Of a stretch of DNA of 64,000 bases, positions 21,948 to 30,336 are shown piece by piece. The position numbers were made by a program, and so were the translations under genes. The stretch is taken from the NCBI GenBank assembly GCA_965200705.1, contig OZ241376.1, forward strand, positions 3,691,810 through 3,755,809. The letters are read 5' to 3'. The DNA is from Bryobacterales bacterium (GTDB lineage: Bacteria; Acidobacteriota; Terriglobia; Bryobacterales; UBA6623). The notes beneath the pieces were generated by a model, which made no database searches, was not told the DNA's origin, and worked only from the letters and a program-made list of their open reading frames with translations. Each line of letters begins with the position of its first letter. The stretch's first letter is position 1.

Positions 21948-22238
21948 ATGCGCGGAGCGATCTGTTCTGCGAAGCTCCGGCTTGGTCTGGGTGCCGCCGT
22001 TCTGGCGTGCATGCTGCCGGCGCAGAGTGGCAGCACAGCCGACGGGAGGCATCTGCTGGAGCGGATCTCGGCGTCTGGCCGTCTCGACGCGGTAGGTGTG
22101 AGTTCGTCCGACCGGCTTCAGCCGATGGGTCTGCTGGTGCCAGGAGATCCACCACTGCTGGCGTTCCGATACCTCGAGGACCGGCGGCGCCACCGTTTCG
22201 GGGAGCTGGACCTGATGATGGATGATGCCGGCCACTGA
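21948..22238 (+). CDS. Small hypothetical protein, possibly exported
   Basis: 96 aa with signal-like LGLGAAVLACMLPAQ; fills the gap between co-oriented genes. Confidence 0.5.
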   Translation: MRGAICSAKLRLGLGAAVLACMLPAQSGSTADGRHLLERISASGRLDAVGVSSSDRLQPMGLLVPGDPPLLAFRYLEDRRRHRFGELDLMMDDAGH

Positions 22239-23256
22239 CCGCAGGTCGATGCGCATCGCCGTCGCCGCTCTCGCTGTGCTCGCCGTCTCGGCGTCAGCGC
22301 GCGCAGATCAGCACTTCGAGGAAGGTCTGCGTCGGCTCGATCGGGGCCAGTACGTTGAGGCGGACGAGAGCTTCCGTGCATCGGAAGATGCTCGAGCACC
22401 TACGCTGTCTGCCGTCGTGGCTGCGTCGCTGGGCAAGTGTGGTGCGGCACTTCCGACGCTTGAGGCGGCAGCGACTGGGAGCGATCCCGCCACGGCGAAG
22501 CTCGCGGGCATAGCCGCTGCTCGGTGCAGCATCGCCGAGCAGGACTTCGACGCCGCCATGGAGACCCTAGCGTCCCTGCCGAGCGAACTCGGCGGGGATC
22601 CCGACGTGCTCTACGAGACGGCACGGTTGCACCTGAAGGGCTGGAACGAGGCCGTGGCCGACATGTTTCGGTCTGCTCCGGGGTCGTTCCGCGTCAACCA
22701 GCTGTCCGCTGAGATCTTCGAGATCCAGGGCCGCTATGAGGAGGCTGTCGGCGAATACCGCAAGGCCATCGCAAAGTCACCCGGCACCCTCAACCTGCAC
22801 TACCGCCTTGCACGGGCGCTACTGATGCGCTCGCACGACCCAGGTGCGCTGGAGGAGGCGCTGGTGGAGTTTCGCGCAGAGCTCGCACTGAACCCGAATG
22901 ACGCCGCAGCGGAGTTTCAGGTGGCACAGATTCTGCAGGTCACAGGAAACAAGTCCGACGCGACCGAGCACTTCGAGCGAGCCGTGCACCTGGATCCGGA
23001 GTTTCCGGAAGCGCTTGTGGCCCTCGCCAGGCAGCGCGTGCGAGCGGAACGCTACGACGAGGCCATCGAGCTGCTGGAGCGGGCATTGGCGCTGCACCCC
23101 GACAGCGAGCCCGCTCACTACAACCTGATGCTGGCCTACCGCAATTCAGGCAGGCGGGACGAGGCTGCCCGGATCCAGCGGGCCCTGGAGCGTCTGCAGG
23201 CCCCGGAGGGTGACGAGTTCAGCGACTTCCTGAGGCGGATCGGTGAGACCCAGTGA
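22222..23256 (+). CDS. Exported tetratricopeptide-repeat protein
   Basis: Signal MRIAVAALAVLAVSASARA (start perhaps 22249), TPR repeats, and a stop overlapping the next start (GTGA). Confidence 0.9.
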   Translation: MMPATDRRSMRIAVAALAVLAVSASARADQHFEEGLRRLDRGQYVEADESFRASEDARAPTLSAVVAASLGKCGAALPTLEAAATGSDPATAKLAGIAAARCSIAEQDFDAAMETLASLPSELGGDPDVLYETARLHLKGWNEAVADMFRSAPGSFRVNQLSAEIFEIQGRYEEAVGEYRKAIAKSPGTLNLHYRLARALLMRSHDPGALEEALVEFRAELALNPNDAAAEFQVAQILQVTGNKSDATEHFERAVHLDPEFPEALVALARQRVRAERYDEAIELLERALALHPDSEPAHYNLMLAYRNSGRRDEAARIQRALERLQAPEGDEFSDFLRRIGETQ

Positions 23257-24893
23257 AGCCTCTTCGATCGAGTGTGCTGGTTCTGCTCGCGGGTATTGGA
23301 ACTGCGCCCGCGCACGACCTCGAGTTCGCGGACGTTGCGTCTGAGGCAGGCCTGAATGCGGTGTTTCCCAACGGCGGCGATGTCGTAAAGAAGTGGATCC
23401 TAGAGACCACAGGCAGCGGAGCCGCTTTCCTAGACTACGACAACGATGGGCTGCAGGACGCCTTCTTGGTTTCCGGCGACGGTGGCACCAACAGGCTTTA
23501 CCGCAATGTCGATGGACAGCGGTTCGAGGATGTCACCGAGGATGTCGGCCTGAGCAGCGAAGGATGGGGGCAGGGGAGTTGCGCGGGCGACATCGACAAC
23601 GACGGCTTCATCGACCTGTTCGTCACCTACTGGGGCCAGAACCGGCTCTACCGCAACCGGGAAGGCCGGCGGTTCGAGGCTGCCGAGGTCCCTGACACGG
23701 ACAGCTACAGCACGGGATGCGCGTTTCTGGATGCGGATCTGGACGGGGACCTGGACCTCTACATTTCCAACTACCTGCGCTTCGGATTCGACAGCACACC
23801 GAGTCCGGGCCAGCATCCGTACTGCTTCTATCGCAACATGCCTGTGTCGTGCGGTCCGCGGGGACTGCCGTTCGCCCGGAACGAGCTGCTTCGCAACGAG
23901 GGCGATGGGACCTTCACGGACGTATCCGACGAGAGCGGCATTGCCGCTCCCAATAGGCACTATTCCCTGGGAGTCGTTACCGGAGACTTCAATCGGGACG
24001 GGAACACCGACCTGTACGTTGCCTGCGACAGATGCCCTTCAATCCTGTACATGAACCAGGGCGATGGGGTGTTCCGCGACGAGGCTATGCTGCGCGGCGC
24101 GGCCTTGGACGAGCACGGCAGGGCACTCTCCGGCATGGGTGCAGCCGCCGACGACATGGACCGCGACGGGTCGTTCGACATCTTTCGGACCAACTTCTCG
24201 GATGAGCGGTCCACCCTGTACCGCAACCGCGGCGACGGGGACTTCGACGACGCGACGGTGCCGCTCGGCGTCGGGGTGAACACACGCTACGTCGGATGGG
24301 GCTGCGTGTTCGCGGACTTGGATCTGGACGGCTGGCGGGACGTGATCCTCGTCAACGGCCACGTGTTTCCGGAGGTGGAGCAGCTTGCTGCGACCGATCT
24401 GACCTTCCGGCAGCCAGCCGTTGTCTATCGCAACTTGGGCGAAGGGCGCTTCCAGGACATATCGCACGAGGCGGGGGAGGCGGTTGCGGTTGGCCGCGCC
24501 GCCCGCGGGCTGGCTGCGGCGGACATCGACAACGACGGCCGAATCGAGTTTCTGATCAACAGCCAGAACGAACGGCCCGCTCTGCTGCGGATGACCGGAG
24601 ATTCAGCACACAGCTGGATGACGCTGGATCTGGTTGGCACCTTGTCCAATCGCAGTGCGATCGGGGCGACCGTCAAAGTGCACAGCGCACACGGCACGCA
24701 GCACGGCGAAGTCCGCGGCGGTGGCAGCTATCTGTCGCAGAGCGACCTGCGCCTGCATTTCGGTCTCGCGAACGACAGGACCGCGGATGTGACGGTGCGC
24801 TGGCCGAGCGGCACGGAGCAGCGGCTGGACGGTCTCGCCGCAGGGAAGATCCACCGGATTGTGGAACCCTGTGAACCGCCGGACTGCCAGTAA
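23253..24893 (+). CDS. CRTAC1-family protein (FG-GAP plus ASPIC/UnbV), Sec signal
   Basis: ETTGSGAAFLDYDNDG, repeated DxDxDG motifs, SGMG, YVGWG, GGGSYLSQSDLRLHFGL, VRWPSG. Confidence 0.93.
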   Translation: MKPLRSSVLVLLAGIGTAPAHDLEFADVASEAGLNAVFPNGGDVVKKWILETTGSGAAFLDYDNDGLQDAFLVSGDGGTNRLYRNVDGQRFEDVTEDVGLSSEGWGQGSCAGDIDNDGFIDLFVTYWGQNRLYRNREGRRFEAAEVPDTDSYSTGCAFLDADLDGDLDLYISNYLRFGFDSTPSPGQHPYCFYRNMPVSCGPRGLPFARNELLRNEGDGTFTDVSDESGIAAPNRHYSLGVVTGDFNRDGNTDLYVACDRCPSILYMNQGDGVFRDEAMLRGAALDEHGRALSGMGAAADDMDRDGSFDIFRTNFSDERSTLYRNRGDGDFDDATVPLGVGVNTRYVGWGCVFADLDLDGWRDVILVNGHVFPEVEQLAATDLTFRQPAVVYRNLGEGRFQDISHEAGEAVAVGRAARGLAAADIDNDGRIEFLINSQNERPALLRMTGDSAHSWMTLDLVGTLSNRSAIGATVKVHSAHGTQHGEVRGGGSYLSQSDLRLHFGLANDRTADVTVRWPSGTEQRLDGLAAGKIHRIVEPCEPPDCQ

Positions 24894-24951
24894 GGTTGAG
24901 GAGTGCGCGGCGTCCGGTCCGGTACGATTCACGGAATGCTTCATGGCTAGG

Positions 24952-27900
24952 ATGCATCGCCGTGCGTTCCTGGCCCTAGCCGGCACGGGTGCGGCGTTTC
25001 GGCCTGCACCACTTTGGCCCTCCGTCGAGGTGCCCGCCTCGATCCTGCTCCCGGGGCCCTGCGCGGATCTCGTTCCCTTGGTAGATCCCGAGAACGACGA
25101 GTACCCAGCGGAGGCTCACGGCAGGCGCGTCGAGAAGATGCTTGCCTCCACCCTCCTCGAGGGCCGGCTGCCTGTTGCCCCTGGGCTCAGTGCGCCGTCG
25201 CCCATGGCCGCCATGCACGAGCCATCGGGCGACGCCATGATCGGCCGGTACGGCGCCGAGGCAGTGAGCGTCGTTGACGGCTTCAGGGACTGGGTGAGGG
25301 CGCTCGGAGAGGTTCAACGCGCTTCGTTCCACGCCCTCCCGCACGACATCGTCCGCTTCGAGGTCTCGTCCTCCGGCCGGTCCGGGCTGGAGCATCGTGT
25401 TGGCCATTGGCGCATGGAGTGGCAGGACGATGCGCTGCATGGGTTCGAACCCCTCGACGAAACGCTGGTCCAGTCCAAAGCACCGCTATTTGCTGACGTT
25501 ACGGGCGAGCTGTTCTCGTCGATACCGAGCTTGGAGCACCAGCTGGCGAAGGGGATTCCCTACTGGCGGTCGCGCCTCGACCCAGCCACCGGGATCGATG
25601 TCTACGGCAACCAAGGCATCGCCGTCGGTGACATCGACGGGGACGGATGGGACGAGATCTACGTTTGCCAGCCTGGCGGACTGCCCAACCGGCTCTACAG
25701 CCGCAAGCCTGACGGTCAATGGTTGGACACGACCGACGAAGCTGGCATCAGCGTGCTCGACAACACCGCGCAGGCGCTGTTCCTGGATCTCCGCAACAGC
25801 GGATTGCAGGACTTGGTGGTCCTGACATCTGGAGGACCGCTGCTGTTTCTGAACGACGGCGATGGCAGGTTCACGTTGCGCCCTGATGCGTTTCGATTCG
25901 CGAGTGGTGCCCATGGGACATTCGCGGGCATGGCGGCTGCGGACTATGACCGCGATGGGGCGATCGACATCTATCTCTGCTCGTACGTTTACTTCCAGAG
26001 CGAGGACCAGTACCGGTATCCCGTGCCGTACCACGACGCGCACAACGGCCCGCCGAACTTTCTCTTTCGCAATGCGCTGGGGCGCGACGGAAGTGGTTGC
26101 TTCGAGGACGTCACGGAAGCCTCCGGAATGGGTCACAACAATGACCGGTACAGCTTTGCAGCCGCATGGTGCGACTACGACGAGGACGGCTGGCCGGAGC
26201 TCTATGTGGCGAACGACTTCGGACGCAACAACCTCTACAAGTACGAGGACGGAGAGTTTCGCGATGTCGCTTCGCAGGCAGGCGTCGAGGACATTGGCCC
26301 GGGCATGAGCGCTGCGTGGTTCGACTACAACCGGGACGGACGCCTCGACCTCTTCGTCACGAACATGTGGACGCCTTCCGGGCAGCGCGTTAGCGCTGAG
26401 AAGGGATTCGGACCCGTCGCAGACGGGGCCTCCAAGAGAGCCTTCCACGGTCACACCAAGGGCAACTCGCTCTATCGCAACCGCGGCGACGGCGCCTTTG
26501 ACTATGCCGGGGACAGCGAGGGCGTCGAGGTGGGGCGGTGGGCGTGGTCTGGGGACGGATTCGACTTCGATCTGGACGGTCAGCCCGAGATCCTCGTCAC
26601 CGCGGGGATGATGACGCATTCGCCGGAGCAGGATCTGTGCAGCTTCTTCTGGCGGCAGGTTGTGGCCCACTCCCCCGCCACGCAGAGACCTGCGCCAGCC
26701 TACGAGGAGGGCTGGAACTGCCTGAACCAGCTCGTCCGGGAGGAGTACAGCTGGAACGGGAGTGAGCCAAACCTGTTCTACGCCCGGCGGGGAGGTCGCT
26801 ACCGCGACTACTCGGGCGTGTCCGGCCTCGACTTGGCTGCCGATAGCCGGGCGTTTGCAGTCACAGACTTCGATGGCGATGGCCGTCCGGACCTGCTTCT
26901 GAAGAGTCGATTAGGACCACAGGTGGCGGCGTTCCGAAACGATTCGACGGGTGAGCGGCACGGCATCAGCGTCGACCTCGAGGGGGTTGCGTCGAACCGA
27001 GACGCCGTAGGGGCGATCGTGCGCTTGGAGACTGAGGACGGTGTGGCCGCACAGGTGCTGTCGGCTGGTTCGGGCTACATGTCCCAGCACTCGAAGCGGT
27101 TGCACTTTGGACTGGGAAACCACGCCGAGGCGCTCAGCCTCAGCATCCGTTGGCCATCGGGTGCCGAGCAGCGGTTCCAGCACTTGCGTGCGGGTTTCCG
27201 ATACCGGATTCGCGAGGGAGACGATCGCTACGAAACCGTCCCCCATCTGGCGCGGACTGAGAGCCAGCAGCGGGCGACACCCATCGAGGGGGACAACAGT
27301 CAGGTGCTCGCTCCCACGTGGTTCGTGGAGCCAGTTCCACTGCCTGTCAAGGCTGCGGAAGGCTTCCTGATCCTTACAGACGGACCCATGGTCGGTCGTG
27401 CTCCTGCAGTGCCGTACAAGGTCGTTGACCTGCGCCAAGCGCCGACCGACCAGTTGCCCGCGTTCACGATCTTTCGGCGATACCTCTTCGACCACAGGGC
27501 GGATCTCGAACTGCCCTTGACTCTGCTCGTTGATGGTCGAAGCCGTGTCCACAAGATCTACCCATCGATACCCACCGAAGCAGACCTGAAGGCGGATCTC
27601 TCGTTGCTCAGGCAGTCAGGTCGGCGTCCTTCCGGACTGCCTTTTGCGGGGCAGTACCTGAGCAGGCCGTCTCGCAACCACTTCCGGATGGGGGCAGCGT
27701 TCGTGCACGCCGGGTTGCCAAAGATGGGCCTGCCGTTCCTGCGGGCCGCTGAGGGGCGGCAGGGCGGCAACTTCCGCGCCTCACTCGCCATCGGCCAGAT
27801 TCAGATGGAGGCCGGCGACCTCGAGGCAGCGGCGACCCATCTCGAGAGAGCCCAGGCCTTGAGGCCCGACTCGCCGGAACTCTGGAACAATCTCGGTGGC

Positions 27901-28425
27901 CTGGCGATGGCGAGGGAGGACCACCGGACTGCACTGCAACACTTCGGGCGTGCGCTCGAACTCAATCCGGACCTGCCCTACGCCTTGATCAATGCCGCCC
28001 AGACTCACACCGCACTGGGTCAGGCTGCGGATGCGGAGAGACTGCTGCGTCGAGCGCTGGAACTCGAACCGGATGACCCGGAGGCAGCGAACAAGCTGGG
28101 CCTGGTTCTGGCGAAGCAGGGCCAGCTTGAGGAGGCTAGGGGCCTGTTCGAGCGCGCGATCGAGCACCGGCGCGACTATGCCGAGGCGATCAACAACCTA
28201 GCTGTGCTCTACCTGCAGTCCAGACAGGTGGGTGACGCGATGGCTGCGCTCAGGTACGGGATCGAACAGGTTCCTGACTTCGACACGTTCTACATGAACC
28301 TAGCTCGCATCCATGTCGAGCGAGGCGATGTCCCGAGAGCCCGGCAGGTCATGCAGAGCCTGCTCGACCGCAAGCCCGGCCATCCGGACGCCACGCGGGT
28401 GCTCGCCCAGCTCGCGCTGCGCTGA
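24952..28425 (+). CDS. Tat-exported multidomain protein: FG-GAP propeller, ASPIC/UnbV, degenerate redoxin-like segment and C-terminal TPR array
   Basis: MHRRAFLALAG leader; GDIDGDGWDE and DYDRDGAID repeats; SNRDAVGA...LHFGLG...IRWPSG; LPLTLLVDGRSRVHKIY; about six TPRs (LWNNLGGL, AANKLGLVL, AINNLAVLY). Confidence 0.92.
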   Translation: MHRRAFLALAGTGAAFRPAPLWPSVEVPASILLPGPCADLVPLVDPENDEYPAEAHGRRVEKMLASTLLEGRLPVAPGLSAPSPMAAMHEPSGDAMIGRYGAEAVSVVDGFRDWVRALGEVQRASFHALPHDIVRFEVSSSGRSGLEHRVGHWRMEWQDDALHGFEPLDETLVQSKAPLFADVTGELFSSIPSLEHQLAKGIPYWRSRLDPATGIDVYGNQGIAVGDIDGDGWDEIYVCQPGGLPNRLYSRKPDGQWLDTTDEAGISVLDNTAQALFLDLRNSGLQDLVVLTSGGPLLFLNDGDGRFTLRPDAFRFASGAHGTFAGMAAADYDRDGAIDIYLCSYVYFQSEDQYRYPVPYHDAHNGPPNFLFRNALGRDGSGCFEDVTEASGMGHNNDRYSFAAAWCDYDEDGWPELYVANDFGRNNLYKYEDGEFRDVASQAGVEDIGPGMSAAWFDYNRDGRLDLFVTNMWTPSGQRVSAEKGFGPVADGASKRAFHGHTKGNSLYRNRGDGAFDYAGDSEGVEVGRWAWSGDGFDFDLDGQPEILVTAGMMTHSPEQDLCSFFWRQVVAHSPATQRPAPAYEEGWNCLNQLVREEYSWNGSEPNLFYARRGGRYRDYSGVSGLDLAADSRAFAVTDFDGDGRPDLLLKSRLGPQVAAFRNDSTGERHGISVDLEGVASNRDAVGAIVRLETEDGVAAQVLSAGSGYMSQHSKRLHFGLGNHAEALSLSIRWPSGAEQRFQHLRAGFRYRIREGDDRYETVPHLARTESQQRATPIEGDNSQVLAPTWFVEPVPLPVKAAEGFLILTDGPMVGRAPAVPYKVVDLRQAPTDQLPAFTIFRRYLFDHRADLELPLTLLVDGRSRVHKIYPSIPTEADLKADLSLLRQSGRRPSGLPFAGQYLSRPSRNHFRMGAAFVHAGLPKMGLPFLRAAEGRQGGNFRASLAIGQIQMEAGDLEAAATHLERAQALRPDSPELWNNLGGLAMAREDHRTALQHFGRALELNPDLPYALINAAQTHTALGQAADAERLLRRALELEPDDPEAANKLGLVLAKQGQLEEARGLFERAIEHRRDYAEAINNLAVLYLQSRQVGDAMAALRYGIEQVPDFDTFYMNLARIHVERGDVPRARQVMQSLLDRKPGHPDATRVLAQLALR

Positions 28426-28484
28426 CGACTGCCCAAGCGGCCAGACCACCGACCCGCTTGGTTCGGGGCTTGCCGGAGCCTCGA

Positions 28485-29735
28485 TCAGGCCGTCAGGAAA
28501 AGTGGCTTTAGATGCCGGTCGTAGAGGTTCTCGGTAACGTTGCGGGAGATGCTCTCCTCGCACTCGCCCAGCATGTTGAGGTAGCGGTCGCCCAACTTCG
28601 CCGCGATCTTGTATCCCACGTGCAGCAGTTGACGGAAGTGCGGGTTGTAGCCCGCACAGCTCTGGTCGTGTCTTAGGGCGGCCGTGTAGTCGTCCGCGGT
28701 CCAGCCGTTCACATAGCTGGGCGTCGGAAGCTTGTCGCCATTGATGTCGATGACGGCGAGGTACGGTGCACAGAGTTCGTCCTGGGCGTCATAGGCGCGG
28801 GAATAGACCTCCTTGGCGAGGGCTAGGCCGTCGCCGCCGGCCTCGGCTAGCCCGATCAGCTCCTCCAGCCAGTTTGTGCCGGCGGTCTTGACGTGGACAC
28901 CAGCGCCCGTCGCGTGGATGCCATCGCGGATCGCACCATAGATCGAGAACTTGTCCGACCCAGAGTGGACGCTCAGCTTTAGGCCCTCTGGCAGACCGTA
29001 GGCCTCCACGGCATGGCGGATCACGGCGATGTCGTCCGTGAACTCCTTCGCAAACTGCTTGGGGTCGCCTACGTAGTCGACGCCTTTGTTGAAGCGTCCG
29101 GTGAACTTCGGCGCAATGGTCTGCACTGGAATACCCTCGTCGGCGACCGCCGCGAGGATCACGAGGAGTTCCGCGGGCGTCTGCGGAGAGTCCGTCTCGT
29201 CCATCGAGACTTCCGTAATGAAGTTGCCCTCGCCCTTGGCAGCCGCAATGTGGCGGTAGATCCGCCCAGCTTCCTGCACGGCGAAGAGGAACTGGCCCGC
29301 GCACTGCTCCACTGATTCGCGGGTGGCTTGAAACGGTTCGTCAATTCCGTCGATCTCAATTGACCCAAGCAGCTCCGGATGGCCACTCACCAGACGGTCG
29401 ACCGCAGACTGCTCTGGTGCCGTGCCGATGGCGTAGGCGACGTCCAGCGTGAAGAAGTCGCTGCTCTCCAGATAGCCGTCCACGGTGTCGAGGTTGATGT
29501 GGTCGGCGTCCACGTAGTACGGCTTCTCCCATCCCAGACTGCGCACGGCCTCGTCGGCGGCGTCCCGAACCGTGCCGGGTTCGGTTCCGACCGTCGTGTG
29601 CTCGCGGTGGGACTTGTTCCACGTGGGCGCAACCTCCACGCCCGCGTCGCGTGCCTGCATGCAGGCACGCAGCTGAGGCTTTGCCTGATGGGCGAATCGG
29701 TCGCCGACGCCGAAGGTGTACTTTTCGATTTCCAT
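28485..29735 (-). CDS. uxaE: Tagaturonate/fructuronate epimerase family protein
   Basis: FGVGDRF, YVDADHI, EVSMDET, APKFTGRFNKGVDY, KLSVHSGSDKFSIY, HVKTAGTNWLEE. Confidence 0.88.
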   Translation of the reverse strand: MEIEKYTFGVGDRFAHQAKPQLRACMQARDAGVEVAPTWNKSHREHTTVGTEPGTVRDAADEAVRSLGWEKPYYVDADHINLDTVDGYLESSDFFTLDVAYAIGTAPEQSAVDRLVSGHPELLGSIEIDGIDEPFQATRESVEQCAGQFLFAVQEAGRIYRHIAAAKGEGNFITEVSMDETDSPQTPAELLVILAAVADEGIPVQTIAPKFTGRFNKGVDYVGDPKQFAKEFTDDIAVIRHAVEAYGLPEGLKLSVHSGSDKFSIYGAIRDGIHATGAGVHVKTAGTNWLEELIGLAEAGGDGLALAKEVYSRAYDAQDELCAPYLAVIDINGDKLPTPSYVNGWTADDYTAALRHDQSCAGYNPHFRQLLHVGYKIAAKLGDRYLNMLGECEESISRNVTENLYDRHLKPLFLTA

Positions 29736-30336
29736 TCGCGTGAAGCCGATCGACAACCGCAACCTAGGCTGCGGTCGAACGGCCCGCCCATCTTATCGAA
29801 CGCATTCCGGAACCACGGTGTCAGAGGCGACCGCAGGACCTGCACCAGTTGCTCCGATTCGAACCAAGTCGTTGATGAAAAGTGACTTGCAACTGTTCGC
29901 TCCAAGCGTGGGAAGGTCGCGGTCCCGGCGTGGACCGATATCCAAACGAGGACTCTTCCGGACGGATTCCCTCAGGAACCTCCACTTGCCTCAGTAGCAG
30001 GACTCCGGACTCAGGGCAGGAGGGGCAGGCTGCTCATCCAGGAAGCCCAAGCGAGGAGTGTTCAGTATCACGGAGACCGAGAATTCCAGCTGTGCAGATC
30101 ATCCAGCAATCTCGCACCACAGTTCCACACGTATCGTTTCGACACGAGTGCGCACCAACGCACGGTTGACGCCCAAGCTAGCCGCGGATGCTGACGTGAG
30201 AACGGAACTTCTGGACCCCGCCGTTCGCCAGCATCTGGCGCGAGAGCTTTGTCACGCGCCACAAGAGGGTCGCGGCTGTGGTCACGAACGTAACCACGTC
30301 CCGTCTTGGCGCATCGCCCAGGGAATGGCGCTCGGC

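Noticed and set aside
22922-22937. TGGCACAGATTCTGCA sigma54-like motif
   Set aside because: Correct spacing but intragenic, imperfect at -12 and ~300 bp from the next start, which is translationally coupled; probably chance.
29790-30330. Start-less ~100-codon frame and three consecutive hairpins (30187-30297) as an ncRNA
   Set aside because: No known RNA family recognised; such hairpins are expected by chance or as terminators in GC-rich DNA.
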